Assembly (NCBI GenBank): GCA_965112155.1
Contig: OZ218098.1
From: Podarcis liolepis
Lineage: Eukaryota
DNA length: 64,000 bases
Reading direction: 5' to 3' (one strand)
A model generated the notes under the pieces. It was given only the letters and a program-made list of their open reading frames with translations, made no database searches and had not been told where the DNA came from. Below, piece after piece: positions 39,579-52,438 of the stretch (positions are counted from its first letter, which is position 1; each line of letters starts with the position of its first letter). The translations under genes and the position numbers were made by a program.

Positions 39579-40163
39579 GTATGTGACACATGCATAATAC
39601 CTCCTTGGCCAAAGCAAACAGTCAAACCCAGGAAATGTTTTGCTAGATAGCCCCTTGCTTTGCATGTCTGGGACCCTGGAGGCAGGGCTTTTCTACCCAG
39701 AAATTCTGTGGGGGGCAACTGGCCTCAAAGGATGCAGTGCTTAATTGGTGACCAGAGCAGCATGGACCAAAATAAACTACTGTCTTGGAAAGACCCTGCA
39801 TAGGAAGATAATCAAGTGTCATTGCAAAGTTCTAGTTTGCTGTACAGTGATGATACGATGTGCATGCATAGAGCTCTCCCATGCACAGAATGAACCTGGA
39901 CCAATTTGAATCCCTCTCCCCTTGCATGGAGGAGTGCTGTGTGATGATACATGCACAGAGCCATTTCTCAGGCACGCTGATGAATCCCACTTGTAAGTTC
40001 TAGTAGTACATATTCCATGCGTTCATAGGCAAAATAAAATACATAATGTCCCATTTTATTTTTAATTTGGGGAACTGACCTATTGATGGTCAAGAGACTT
40101 CTGCTATTTTTAAAAGGACTGCATCCAATGACTAATAAAGTATATGTAATCTCTGCCTCTGGT

Positions 40164-40265
40164 GTTTTACAATTTTTTATATATGCTGTAAGCCACCCAG
40201 AGTGACTGGGGAAACCTAGCCAAATGGATGGGGTATAAATAATAAAATTGTTGTTGTTGTTGTTC
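40164..40265 (+). mobile_element. L2 3' UTR tail fragment (shorter one near 51840-51895)
   Basis: GTAAGCCACCCAGAGTGACTGGGGAAACCTAGCC..ATGG..GGGTATAAATAATAAAATT(GTT)n is the reverse complement of the L2 tail at 4441-4500. Confidence 0.8.
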
Positions 40266-43200
40266 CCTATATTGATACTATACATATTTTACGTACTCCT
40301 TCCCCCAGTGTTCAGTGCTGGCAGGAGACTAAGCCTGTGGTACCACGTTCCTCAGCTTTAGTGCCCAGAGAAGTCTTAACTTCTGATGTAACTTACAGCT
40401 CCTCCAGATAACCTATTTATTGAGTATTCATCCAGATTTTCTTGCATAAAGCTTATGTGAAACCTGTGGCTGATCTTTTTTGGCCATCTCTTGTGATAGG
40501 TTTGCAGGTATGCAGCAACGAGCATTCGTTTTGATTTTACTGACCAGTGTTTGTACATCTTCCCATTAATCATTAGTTCATCCCACACGTTTCAGTGGAT
40601 TTCTTCTTCATGTGAAAAGTGTGTTTGTTTGTTTGTTTGTTTGTTTTAGTGGATCTGTTGCACTTTTAAATTTCCAGTATGTGCTTGAATCCCTCCTGTC
40701 TGACATTCTGGAGGTGACTTTACATATTTTTGAGTTGGCAACATGCAGGCCTAAATGGCAGTTCATTGATTGGTACTTTATTGCGGGTTGCACAGCAGTT
40801 TGAAACAAATGCACACCTGCATTTCCCTGCACTGCAGGGGCTTGAACAAGATGATCCTCAGGATCCCTTCAAACTCTACAATTCTTTGATTCTGTGACTG
40901 AATTTTGGTGTTTAGAATGTGAGCTGAGTGGATTCTGTGCATTGTCCAGCAAGTAAGGTAGTTTTATGCTTGCTCGACAAGTGCTTGGTTGGCAACTCGC
41001 CCTACATTTGCAGTGCCACTGCAACCGCTGAACAATGGGTGTTGGGGAGATCACACAATAAGTAAGGCTTAAACTGCAGACTGAATACGTGGTGAAGCAA
41101 TTACGCAACCGCTTTAGTAAGGCCAGCTCCGTTTAACTCATGTTTTCTCTCATCATGTCAAGTTGGTCCATTTAATTGATCTTCCGAGTGAACCAATTCC
41201 CGCTGTTCTCTGGTGTGCTGTTGTCACAGATGAGTCATAGGCACAGCTGTCAAGCAAGAACTACCAGCCAGAACCAATAAAGATCACTCTTGCCCAGGCA
41301 GAGTCCCAGACTAGTTCTCTTTGCCCCATAGTCGGCACCTAGTGCGGAAGCAGAAACCAAGGAGTTCTGGAACTTTTTAAGTGAGCACAAAGGAGTTCAG
41401 AAAGAACTGTTAACCCAGCAAGGCTCCAGAGGAGAATGAGAGGCTTGTATCTTCACTGCAAATTTCTCCTTCTCCTTCTAAGATTAATCTACTGAATCAT
41501 TGTTCACAGCTAAGTAGTCTTGCTTTTCCAGAATTGATATTTGCACCCAAGGTGACACTTGGGCACCCGGGCACCTTTCATGCCAACTCTGAGATTCCCA
41601 CTGTGTCTGCTGCAGCTTTTGCTCTTGGAGGCCAGGTGGCAGAGAGGGAGAATCAGTGACCAGGGCAGGACACAGACGTTTGTTTGGGACTTGTTTGGTT
41701 CTCCCAGGTCCTAAGTTGCACTGGGGTTCTCTGCAGGGTCCAGTGGTGGGATCCTGACACCCTTCTTGCTGAGGAAAGCTTGGGGGCACAGAATCACCCA
41801 GATACCTGGAAACCCTTTATGGCCTAGGGGGATGGTCCAACTCTTTTCTTCTTCTGCATATTGGGCACCCATGCACAGGACATCTCTGGATCCCAGGCTC
41901 TGGGCCCAGCTCATCATGACAGCAGTCCCAACAACATTCAGTTCATCCTTAAAAGACGTGAACGGTTAAAAACAGCACGATCTCCTTGGGCTCTCCCCGC
42001 TTATTGCGTCAGAGGGTGGGTTCCCTGCACTGCCACCATTGTCAGCGTTCTGACTTGGAAGGGAATTAACAAAAGCAAGCGGCTGAGGTGATCCAGCTTC
42101 CTTCTGCTTCGGCAGGGTTGCGGAAGGAGCCTGTGCATACTACTTGCATGAAATAAAAGAACCCATTGAGATGGCGATGATGACATGAGTCGTGACTCTC
42201 TGCACACAGCGGCTTTGCTCTTCTTTCTCGCACCATTTCTGCTGCTGCCGCTCTGCTAGAGAGGCTGTGCCTTGACAGATTAGAATGAATTTCCTCCTGT
42301 GCATTGGAATGCCACGCTTGCCCCGCCGAGTACAGCCTATTCTTCCTGGTTTGCACGTCCACCAGTCACTGTACAATGCTAATCTGTCTGGCTTCTGAGT
42401 CCCTCCCACAACCTTCCTAATTCTCTTTTTCTTTTCTTTTATTTGCAACCGGTGAAGTGGAGGGGGGGGGATGGAACAAAGCGAGAGCAGCTCAGATTTC
42501 AACCTCCTCAGGCAGCCTCATTTTCCTAAGCTTCCCAGGCTTTTCTGTCCCATGCTGGAAGGGAAAAAGAAAGAGGGATTTCGCTCTCCAGTCAGGAGAC
42601 ATGACAGCCACCCTCAGTTATAGGGCCTTGGGGAATGGCAAAATGTTGAGTACCACTCAGCTCTGATTTTTATTTGCAGGCGCTCTTGTCCACTGACCCA
42701 TATTTCTACCTGCCTCTAGCTGACAGAATGTTTGTCATTCTTGTAAGCAATGTTGTTGTTTCTTAAGCCAAAAAGTGGTACCCACACTTTTAACATCTGG
42801 GGTGGAAAGGTGCCTGTTCTTCATACCCTTGAGTACCTGAAGAAAAAAAAGCATTGTTGGTAGCGCTGGACACAAGCAAACGTTCCGTATGTCATGCCCA
42901 CACAGGAACACCACCCCACTGTTTGTTGTTAACAGGTTTTATAGCTTCACAGACCCGCACTGTATGTTTGACCAAAGCTGGCAATGGGACAAAACAAATG
43001 TGACTGAACATCAGGAGCATGGTTAATGTAGTGCCCTCCAGATGTTGTTGGACTGGGCTTATGGGAGTTGTTATCTGAACTGGAGGGTGCCCTGCCAGCT
43101 ACCCTTTCCATACATCATAGAAAACAATAATTCTATCATATCGCTTTCAAACAATAATTTTTTTAAAATGATTAAGCTTCTCTTTACAATTCAGTGTGCA

Positions 43201-43818
43201 GGTGTGTCTGTTTAAAAAAAAAATAGGCATACAAAAGTGCTAAGTCAAATTAAAAGGAAGCAAGATCCAAACCCCCCCCCCCCATTATCCTGTGTGGGAG
43301 AACACAGCTACAAATTGCATCTTATTAGATAAGCAGCAAAAGATAATAGTGTCAGATGGGAGGAGTATTTCCTTCTGCTAACTGAGCACACAAAGCCAAA
43401 TGCAGATTCAGAGGGCTGTATCAGGGCGAACAATTAAGTTCCTCTAGAAATGCACATAACTGCAAGTCTTGAAGGATTTTGTTGAACACTTATTTATTTT
43501 TTGTTGAACTGTCACTTCATAATGTAGCTCATTTATAGTCTTCCTTCTTCTGTATCCTTGGTTTGTAAGACCGTTTTGTTGATAATGAGCAGTTCCCAGA
43601 GTCTATCATACCGTTGCTGGACAGATGGAGTTTATTGCTTTCCCATTTGTGCAGTTGATTGAAGTCTTGCTTCAATTAGAAGAGAGAGAAAAAGGTGGGG
43701 AGGCGGAAGGGACCAGTTTAATGCCAATTGCTGGGAGGCTCAGAAAGCCAATGTTCCAATGAGGCTCAGAAAGAGTATCTTTGGGCTCTTTGAAGGGCTG
43801 CAGTTGGTGATGATGATA

Positions 43819-44172
43819 GGTAAAGGTAAAGGGACCCCTAACCATTAGGTCCAGTCATGACCAACTCTGGGGTTGCTTCGCTCATCTCACTTTATTGGCC
43901 GAGGGAGCTGGCGTACAGCTTCCGGGTCATGTGGCCAACATGACTAAGCCGCTTCTGGCAAACCAGAGCAACGCATGGAAACGCCATTTACCTTCCCGCC
44001 AGAACGGTACCTATTTATCTACTTGCACTTTGACGTGCTTTTGAACTGCTAGGTTGGCAGGAGCAGGGACCGAGCAAAGGGAGCTCACCCCATGGCGGGG
44101 ATTCGAACCACCGACCTTCTGATTGGCAAGTCCTAGGCTCTGTGGTTTAACCCACAGTGCCACCCGCATCCC
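43819..44172 (-). mobile_element. Full-length Sauria SINE (tRNA head, BovB-type tail)
   Basis: 5' GGGATGCGGGTGGCACTGTGGGTTAAACC..GGTTCGAATCCC and a (TTTACC)n tail; 14-bp TSD TGGTGATGATGATA (43805-43818) / TGGTGGTGATGATA (44175-44188). Confidence 0.9.
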
Positions 44173-44500
44173 TCTGGTGGTGATGATACCCATCTTCAAA
44201 ACTCTTGGGCCATAGGGAATGCCCTCTAAATGGGACAAAATGTTCCCACATGCCCAAGCAAGTGTCTCCTAGCCAAGACGTTATTCTAGAGTTTATGGTT
44301 TGCTTACAGCCTCTAGCATTTTGAAGAATTAGTCATTGCATATCAACGTTGTGAAGCCAAGATTATGTGAAATGTATTACTTGTTGGATGCAACTCTCCT
44401 AAAGATTTATGGCATAAAAAAATGAGTCACTTTATGTTAAATCTATGAGAGTGTATTTGGCTTGTGTGTTCATATCTGCTTTATCTCCCTTCTGCAACAG

Positions 44501-44675
44501 GTGGCTGAGCTACAGGAAGATGAAGTTTCCACAGAAGTTGTCCCTGTCCCCTCCTTTTCCCAGGCATTTCCAGGATTAAAGCACTCTACCAATTATAGTG
44601 CTCGGGTCCAGTGCACTAATGAACTGGGCAGCTCCCCTTTTACAGACTGGGTCTATTTTCAGACCATGGGATTAG
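44501..44675 (+). CDS. TYRO3: TYRO3 exon 7, FN3-1 C-terminal part (VAELQEDEVSTEV...NYSARVQCTNELGSSPF...FQTMGL)
   Basis: caacag|GTG...TTAG|gtaaga, 175 nt. Confidence 0.95.
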
Positions 44676-45142
44676 GTAAGAACATGGCTTCATGGAAATA
44701 GTGAAGCATTTTTCCATTAAGCTATTCATTAAGCTATGCAGAAAACCATTGAACAACTTGACCGCATCTCCCATTGTAGCAACAAAATACAAGAACCATA
44801 TAATTCACATGGTTGATTCAAACAATTGGCCATCAGCTTCATTTTTTTTTGCCATTGTTGTGCCTTAGACTGTAGTTTACTCATGGCAAATCATGTGAGG
44901 GTGTTCCTAGTTTATGCAGGTATAAAGGTGATGCTGGAATTTCCCAGTATTCACAGCTTACTCCAGGAGAGAAAAAGAATCTTAGATGTTCCAGGACCTC
45001 AAGAGTACCTTTGGTGAATTTGCAAGGGACCTAGGAAATGAAATAGCTTTTTGCCCTAAGGCTGTTCCATACCTCTCTGCCCCTGAGAGCTCTCTCTCTC
45101 TCTAACAACAGGATATATGTTGTGATTTTCTTTCCATTACAG

Positions 45143-45285
45143 CACCAAACAGTACTCCACAAAACGTACACATTATCCAAAGAGATTCTTGTCTGATTTT
45201 GGAATGGGAAACAGTGGCTCCAGAAATGCATAGGGACAATGCCCTGGGATACAGGTTGGAGTGGAGTCAAGATAACATCACTCAG
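45143..45285 (+). CDS. TYRO3: TYRO3 exon 8, FN3-2 N-terminal part (APNSTPQNVHIIQRDSCLILEW...LGYRLEWSQDNITQ); not in the ORF track
   Basis: ttacag|CA...CAG|gtaaca, 143 nt, translated by hand; joins exons 7 and 9 in frame. Confidence 0.95.
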
Positions 45286-46287
45286 GTAACAGACTGAGCA
45301 GCATAAACATTGCCTTGGTGGATCAGAGCATGGTCCAAATTCTTTTCTAACCGGAGCCAGCCAAACGTCCCTGGGATCTCACAAGCAGGTCATGATAATG
45401 AGGACCATCCGTTGCTGTTTGTCCTAGTCATCTGATATACTCAAGCTGTGTACACACTATAACTTAAATGCACATTTGAAACACACTCTTTCTATCAAAG
45501 AATTCTGGACACTGTAGTTTACCCCTCACAGAATTGCAATTCCCAGCAGCCCTTAACAAACTACAGTACCCAGAATTCTTTGCGGGAAAGAATGTGCTTT
45601 GAATAGGCTTTAAAGGCAGCACTTTTTTTCAGCCGAAATGTGCCTGTGAGTACCAGTGCCATTATAAGAGAACAAAGAAGTTGTTCATGGTGAGTTATGG
45701 CACCTCTTTTTCTAGAAAAGGTATAGTACATACATATCTTCAGATGCCTGAAAAGAGAAGTTTCATTCTGCTATGTTGGCTCATGGCAGTGATAGACTTA
45801 TCCTCCACAAATGGATCTAATCCTTTGAAGAAGCCATCAAAGCTAGTGGTTGTCACCACATCTTGTGGCAATGAATCCCACAAGTTCATTAATGCAAATT
45901 ATGCAAAAGGACTTTCTTTGATCTGAGCCTACTGCCAATGTTTTCATACATGAGGCTTAAATGGATTTCTGCCTGTATCCCTCCGTAATGAGAAAGGAAT
46001 ACCTATATCAGTTAGAATAGACTTTTGACTACGTTTTTTCATAGTATGCAACAGTTAACAATGGTTCTGTCACTTGTGTCAGGAACAGTAGAACACGATG
46101 CTTCTCTGTCTTGTCATGTGTAAAAATTGTGTTTGGCAGAGCAACTTGGATAGTAGATTCATCAGGAGGAAGCTGATAAAGGCTAATCATACATTCTGGA
46201 TCAATAAAATTCATCATATTCTGTTTGTCACAGACTATTCCTTGTTCCAGATTTGCCAGGCAATATCTTGAGCTGTATCTCAAATTA

Positions 46288-46530
46288 CAGTGGGACCTCA
46301 GGTTAAGTACTTAATTCGTTCCGGAGGTCCGTTCTTTACCTGAAACTGTTCTTAACTTGAAGCACCACTTTAGCTAATGGGGGCCTCCTGCTGCCACCGC
46401 GCCACCAGAGCATGATTTCTGTTCTTATCCTGAAGCAAAGTTCTTAACCTGAAGCACTATTTCTGGGTTAGCGAAGTCTGTAACCTGAAGCATATGTAAC
46501 CTGAAGCGTATGTAACCCGAGGTACCACTG
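46288..46530 (-). mobile_element. TcMar/Tigger-like MITE, family A copy 3 (inverted)
   Basis: Reverse complement of copy 2; TA TSD. Confidence 0.92.
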
Positions 46531-46603
46531 TACCATCAATTATAAAAGTAATGATAAAATTAATTCAGAGTGAGAAATTTAGTGCTTAGGGAAGGTTCTA
46601 GAC

Positions 46604-46976
46604 CAGGGGTAGTCAACCTGGCATCCTCCAGGTATTGTTGGATTCCAGTTCCCATCATCCCTGACCATTGCCCATGCTAGCTGGGGCTGATGGGAGTTGT
46701 AGTCCAGCAACACCCTCTGGCATTCCCTCTCCTTAGATATTTGACTGGCTCCATTTCTGTTATCTTTTCATGGCCTACTGAAGACCTTCCTCTTTCAACA
46801 AGCATTTTAAGTTGAGATCTTTCCCAGACTGCATCTGCGTTGGAATGGTTTTAAAGATGTTGTTATTGTCATTATCACTTCTTGTTTGCTGCCCTGGACT
46901 CCTTTGGGAAGAAGAGTGGAATATAGAAAAGTAATGAATAATAAATATCATTACAGCACCATATTAGCTGCCTGTG
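46604..46976. mobile_element. hAT MITE interrupted by an L2-like 3' fragment (about 46715-46946)
   Basis: Perfect TSD TTCTAGAC at 46596-46603 and 46977-46984. Confidence 0.75.
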
Positions 46977-47336
46977 TTCTAGACTGACAGCTTGGAAATG
47001 AATCCTAAAAAGCCACGCGCAAGTCTTAGGAATGGGTTTGTGTCAAACTGGAAGGTGGTAACATATGTTATCCGCAGTCTGTTCTGGGTTTGATTTTGTG
47101 CAACATACTCATTAAGGAGTGGAGAATTTCCTCCCCACCCCCCACCCCTCTCCTAATGCGGCTGTCACAGAGTTTGTAGGCACTACAATACGACAAAGAA
47201 AAAAAAGAGAGAGCAATTACAATCCCACATCTCTTCAAGTATTTATTATACCTCTGCAGCTAAGCTTGCATTGATTATTAAGAATTTTAATAAAAGTAAA
47301 ATAAAAAAAGCAACGCAGGCACAATATATTAGTATA

Positions 47337-47595
47337 CAGTGGTACCTCGGGTTACATACGCTTCAGGTTACATACGCTTCAGGTTACAGACTCCGCTAAC
47401 CCAGAAATAGTGCTTCAGGTTAAGAACTTTGCTTCAGGATGAGAACAGAAATTGTGCTTCGGCGGCACGGCAGCAGCAGGAGGCCCCATTAGCTAAAGTG
47501 GTGCTTCAGGTTAAGAACAGTTTCAGGTTAAGAACAGTTTCAGGTTAAGTACGGACCTCCGGAACGAATTAAATACTTAACCAGAGGTACCACTG
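47337..47595 (+). mobile_element. TcMar/Tigger-like MITE, family A copy 4 (17-bp internal duplication)
   Basis: TIRs and TA TSD; AAGAACAGTTTCAGGTT is duplicated. Confidence 0.92.
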
Positions 47596-47754
47596 TAATC
47601 GGTTTTGGGAAATCTCAGGGTTCAGAAAATTTTGGAGTTGCCTAAAAGTATACCTGCATTCAGGGAGCCTTACAGCTTCCTTGTGTGGTATTGTAAGCAA
47701 GTGCCAAGATGAATGCTGATCACCAATGGGTTTTGGTTTGCTTGCTTGCTTCAG

Positions 47755-47899
47755 GGGGAAATGATCGTACAGGAGACGAGAGCCAACCTCACTATGTGGA
47801 ATCCCTTAAGAGATCTTACGATCAGGGTGTGTGTACTCAACTCAGCAGGCTGCGGGCCTTGGAGTGAACCTTTGCTGCTTACAGCTGAAGATTTAATAG
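47755..47899 (+). CDS. TYRO3: TYRO3 exon 9, FN3-2 C-terminal part (GEMIVQETRANL...RVCVLNSAGCGPWSEP...EDLIG)
   Basis: cttcag|GGG...ATAG|gtgagt, 145 nt. Confidence 0.95.
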
Positions 47900-48308
47900 G
47901 TGAGTTGCATGTGCTGTAAGCTTCTTTTATAACTGCATCTTCTCCTTGAGGAAAATGTTACGTCACTGTTAGTACTGTGCTTGCAATGAGCTGCTGGTTG
48001 CCACCGTGTTTTTCTATCTCTGCTCTTCCCAGCACTGACAACTGCATGTGTTGCATTTTTTAATGGAATGAGACTGAAGCGGAACAATGTGGAGCAATCT
48101 AGCAAAAGCAAAGTGAAACAAAGTCAGCTGCAACTGAGTTGAAAAAATCTGTGCATGTGCGTTGAAAAATCTAGTTCTCAGAATCCTTACAGGTTCCTCT
48201 ACACCCATGTTTTGTGTTAATTCCTATACACTGAAGGTTCTGTTTGTGGATTGTGGGGGCTTTGATTGTGAACAATAAAGTGTGTATATATGGATGGATG
48301 TACATTCC

Positions 48309-48482
48309 CAGTGCTTTTTTTTCTTAAAAAATGTTTAGGGGTACTCTCATTTTGACTCAAGAAAATCCCCATTTTATAGTTCAAATCTGGAAAAATAAAT
48401 ACAATAAATGGGCAAAAATACAAAGATTCACACAATGTTTAGGGGTATGCGTACCCCTGCGTACCCCCAGAAAAAAGCACTG
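48309..48482. mobile_element. hAT MITE
   Basis: TIR CAGTGCTTTTTT / AAAAAAGCACTG; TSD TACATTCC / TACACTCC. Confidence 0.88.
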
Positions 48483-51400
48483 TACACTCCTATACAGAAG
48501 TGCTTTGTGTGTAATAATTCCATAAGGTGTGAAGCAGGCCAAAGCTCTTTGAAAACATAGAAAATGGGTCTTATACCAGTCCATTTAGCTCAGTGTTGTT
48601 GACACTGATTGTCAATGGCTCTTAAAAGGTTTTTGAAAGGATTATCTCCCAGCCCTGCCTGGAGATTGTGGGAGTGAACCTGGAGTCTTGTGCAAGCAAA
48701 GTGTGTTCCCTACCACTGGGCACTCCAAATCTGCAACTCTTAATCCTGTGCATGACGTTTTCTGATCCCTTACTTATCTGTGCACTGTGCATGGAAGGCA
48801 CATTCAGCAGTGAGGAAGGAGCTTGGGAAATCTTGTACCACATTTCACCCCCCCCCCCAGGGTTCACTGTGCTGCTTCCTCCCCCACCCCTACCCAAAAT
48901 TGCTGTTCCTTTTTTCCTCACAGATATTTAAATACATAGACACCCCTCAGGGGTTTTTTTTAGTCTTAAAACCACCCTTTCTTCCTTTGCTAATTATGGC
49001 TCTTCTTCATAGCAGAGAGCAAAACAATACAAATAAACATCTTCCACAGGATCGAAAATGTGACTGATGTCAAAACAGGGCTGAGAGATTGTAGGTGAAG
49101 GCTACAAAGTTAGGCGCTCTCAAGTCCAATTACCGGTATTTCAGTGGACTTAAAACACATTCTCTCTCCCTCTCCCTCAGCCTGAGGCTTGTTTGTGTCC
49201 CAACCACAGCCACACCTAACACAGTATGTTGCTGAGCTTATAAACGCTTGAAAATAAAGCTTCATTACGGAAATGCTGACCCACCAAAACTATAGATCTG
49301 TAAAAATAATGAAACTTTGTTCTACGCTTGAGTCTGGTGGAAAATAAAAATTGCTTACTTTCTAGAATTATCTAGCTGGTACTGAATAGGCATTTCCAGT
49401 TCCCACTGCGTGTGAAATATCTGGGGCAGCTTGTTAGCATACGGGTGGGGAAGCTTATAAAAAGATTTAATGGTGCTGTTTGAGGAAACCAAGCGCATTC
49501 TTATTTGAAGCACCCTCAGCCTGCACCCTCAGCCTTGCGCCCTGTTCCTTCAGGGCTGTGGGAAGGGTCTGGTAGGCTCTTTCTGTTGCTCTCATCAGTG
49601 TCAGCAACAGAAAACAACTGGGTGTATGTGTGGCACAGGAGGGGCAAGGTATATTTTTAGGTGGGTGAGTTGTGTCCCACATGTTAAGATCTCTGAAAGA
49701 AAAATAACAGTATATTTTAAATGGCGGAGTCTAGCAATGGGGAGGCAAATGGGGGCAGCTCCCTGTTCGTGGGGCACTTGTCTCCCCTGCCCCCCTTCTA
49801 GTGCCACCTGTGGCTATCACTACTACTGGCACTGTACTATTGTGTCATTTACTTCATGCCAATCATGTTCTTAATGCATCAGAGGGGCCTTTTTGTGAAT
49901 GACGATGTGCCCAGTCTGTTTGAAGGCACTGCATTTGGCTGCCTTTGTCCCGTCCCAGTTGAAGGAGTGTGCTGTGATTTCCACAGGAACACTGGAGACA
50001 TTTTAACTTTGGAAGAAGAAGAAGAAGAAATAGGGAGCTTTCATGCCTGCCCCCTAGCAATAGCCACCAAGAACATGGGGTAGAGATGTGGGTTCTCACA
50101 ATGCAACAGCCCCAATCCACATGGGACTACGTCCAAAGGTGATGCCATGCGCCTGGCCCTCAGGTGCTTCTGCAAGTGATGCTAAGTGCAAGTTTTTGTA
50201 TCTAATTCGGACTTTAAACCAACACACAAAACTTGTGGGTTTAAAGTGGCATGTAACATGTGAAGTAAACATTTTTAATGTAGGATGATGCAGTCTGGAA
50301 ATGGAGAGCTTTTTTGGGTTAAGTTCAATATTCAGCTAGTGGACATTTTCCTGTTGTTCTTTTTAGCAAGCATGGTTCTAGGGTAAGGGCTAGAGACTTC
50401 CTGCCTCCATATAGAGCAGATCAGAGAATGAAGACCATTTGTTCCTGGTGCCAGCACCACAGGTGCATTCCTGATGGCAAACCTCCCACTTTTGCCAAAA
50501 CAAAACAAAAAAATCAGAAATACTGATTTCTCCTCCTGGTGTTGTGGGTGTGTACCTTTCACACTAAGCACAGTAATGATGTTGCTTGTCTGCTTCTTCG
50601 TTGCTGAGATAGAATTCCACCTTATTCCAGCATTTCCTGGTGAAAAATGCTGCCCGGCTGCACTAGCCCCACAATTTAATTATTTTAAATAAAAACCACT
50701 GTCTGTATTTTAAGTGCAATTTTATTATGCGTTCTTCGTTTGTGTGTGCAAGTGTGCTCAATCTCTCTCAATTGCCATTTGTTGGTTGCACAGTCTTAAA
50801 TGTTCTTGGGATCAATTGCAGCATATTTCGCAAGGTTTGGGGGGGGGGAGAAGGGGGCTGACCAAAGACCACCCAGCAGTAATATACCACCCGCTCCTAG
50901 CTTTTCTAGAGTGATTCTGGAGGTGAAAGTTGCTGGAATTTAAAGGGCACAAAATCAGATGGAATAGATTGCAGCAAATCAAGGGAGAATAGAGTACAGC
51001 CCAAATGTTGTGGTATCAACATGAAGGTGTACAAAATAGAAAGGTGAATAGAAGCATCTCTTATGAGATGGGGTGGAGAAGAGTGAGGCTGAATATAGCT
51101 AGGAACAGGATTAAGGATATGGACATCTGAGTGGAATGGTGTCGGGTATCCATGCATCTGAGGAGGCTAAATGGATTTTCCTGTCTACAGATACAGTTTT
51201 AGCAAGATTGTATATTAGCCAATAAAAATGGACTGGCAGAGAACAAGCATTGCTCAGTTTTTCCTCATCATCACATGTCTTGGGCTTTTATAGCTTTAGT
51301 CTAAATTGGGATGCTTACAAATTGGCGGATTTCATAATCTAATTTCCCCCACTTTCTTTATGCTGATATTCAGAAGGCCTCTGCACAGCCTTAGGGTAAG

Positions 51401-52308
51401 AGAATGGGAGGGGGGACGAATAAGTTATATCACAGCACTCCAAAATATCTGCATAATACTGTGTGCCACAACGGAAAAACACTCCATACACAAAAGATGA
51501 GTGGGGAAGTTTCCCTCTCTTTTGCTGATACAACACATTTTAACAGGAAATTTCCTATGCCCTGGGCAGCTCGTATGCAGATTATTCCTGCTACAAGTTC
51601 CTTGTTCTGCTAAGATTTCCTTGTTCTCTTCAATAGCTAAAGGCCAATCCTAAAAGGCTGCTGCAATTGCATCTGGGACTGAAAGCAAGTTCAGTAGTGA
51701 CTACTTGAGTGCTGCTTTCACAGACCACAGTAGACGCTTCCAAAAACATTGTGCAATCCCTGCACCCTCCATCTCCATTTACCCATATAAATTCTGTCAT
51801 ACTTGCTTTTATATTTTACCAGAATCTGCTCAAAGCAGCTGGCGCAACCCAGTCAGATGGGCAGCATATAAATAATAAAATTATTATTATTATTTCCTCT
51901 GCTAGCATAAATAATTTTGTAGCAACCTTATCCTGGCCCTTATTCCTCCTCCCTCTTCATCAGATTCCTGTTGAGGCTTTGGGCAACGAGTTTCATCTCT
52001 TAGTTATTTTTATTTATTTCCTAAGTGTATATCCTGCCCATTGAGCTTCAGAATATGCTCACCAAGCCTGGAATTTGTAGTTAGGTTTTGAAGATGCTTG
52101 GTGGCTGCCACTCAAATGCTGGGATGTCCTGTCACAACAAGGTACACTCTATTGCTGTAACATCTTTTTCAGGTTCTTTAGAACATGACAGATGTGTCTG
52201 CTTCCACTTAAATGGTGGAACATGCCCATTTTAAGATGGATTACTTTGAGTTGCAATTTTCTAAATGTGATTTCCTACTGCCTCACTGAGGATTTCTCTT
52301 GTACACAG

Positions 52309-52438
52309 GAGGACAGAGACAACCTCCCTATGGCACATCCTGGGTTCCTGTAGTATTAGGCATTCTTACTGCACTCGTCACAGCAGTTGCCTTGGCACTC
52401 ATCCTGCTGCGGAAAAGAAGAAAAGAAACTCGCTTTGG
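52309..52438 (+). CDS. TYRO3: TYRO3 exon 10, transmembrane (GQRQPPYGTSWVPVVLGILTALVTAVALALILLRKRRKETRFG); GC donor
   Basis: acacag|GA...TTTGG|gcaagt, 130 nt; about 22 hydrophobic residues followed by the RKRRK stop-transfer signal. Confidence 0.93.

Noticed and set aside
44676-47754. Apparent loss of the first FN3-2 exon (absent from the ORF track)
   Set aside because: Found by manual translation at 45143-45285 with good splice sites.
47900-48300. Full-ectodomain secreted isoform by exon 9 read-through (GELHVL*) using AATAAA at 48274
   Set aside because: The exon 9 donor AG|GTGAGT is near-perfect and the PAS is about 355 nt away in AT-rich DNA, so it cannot be told from chance.
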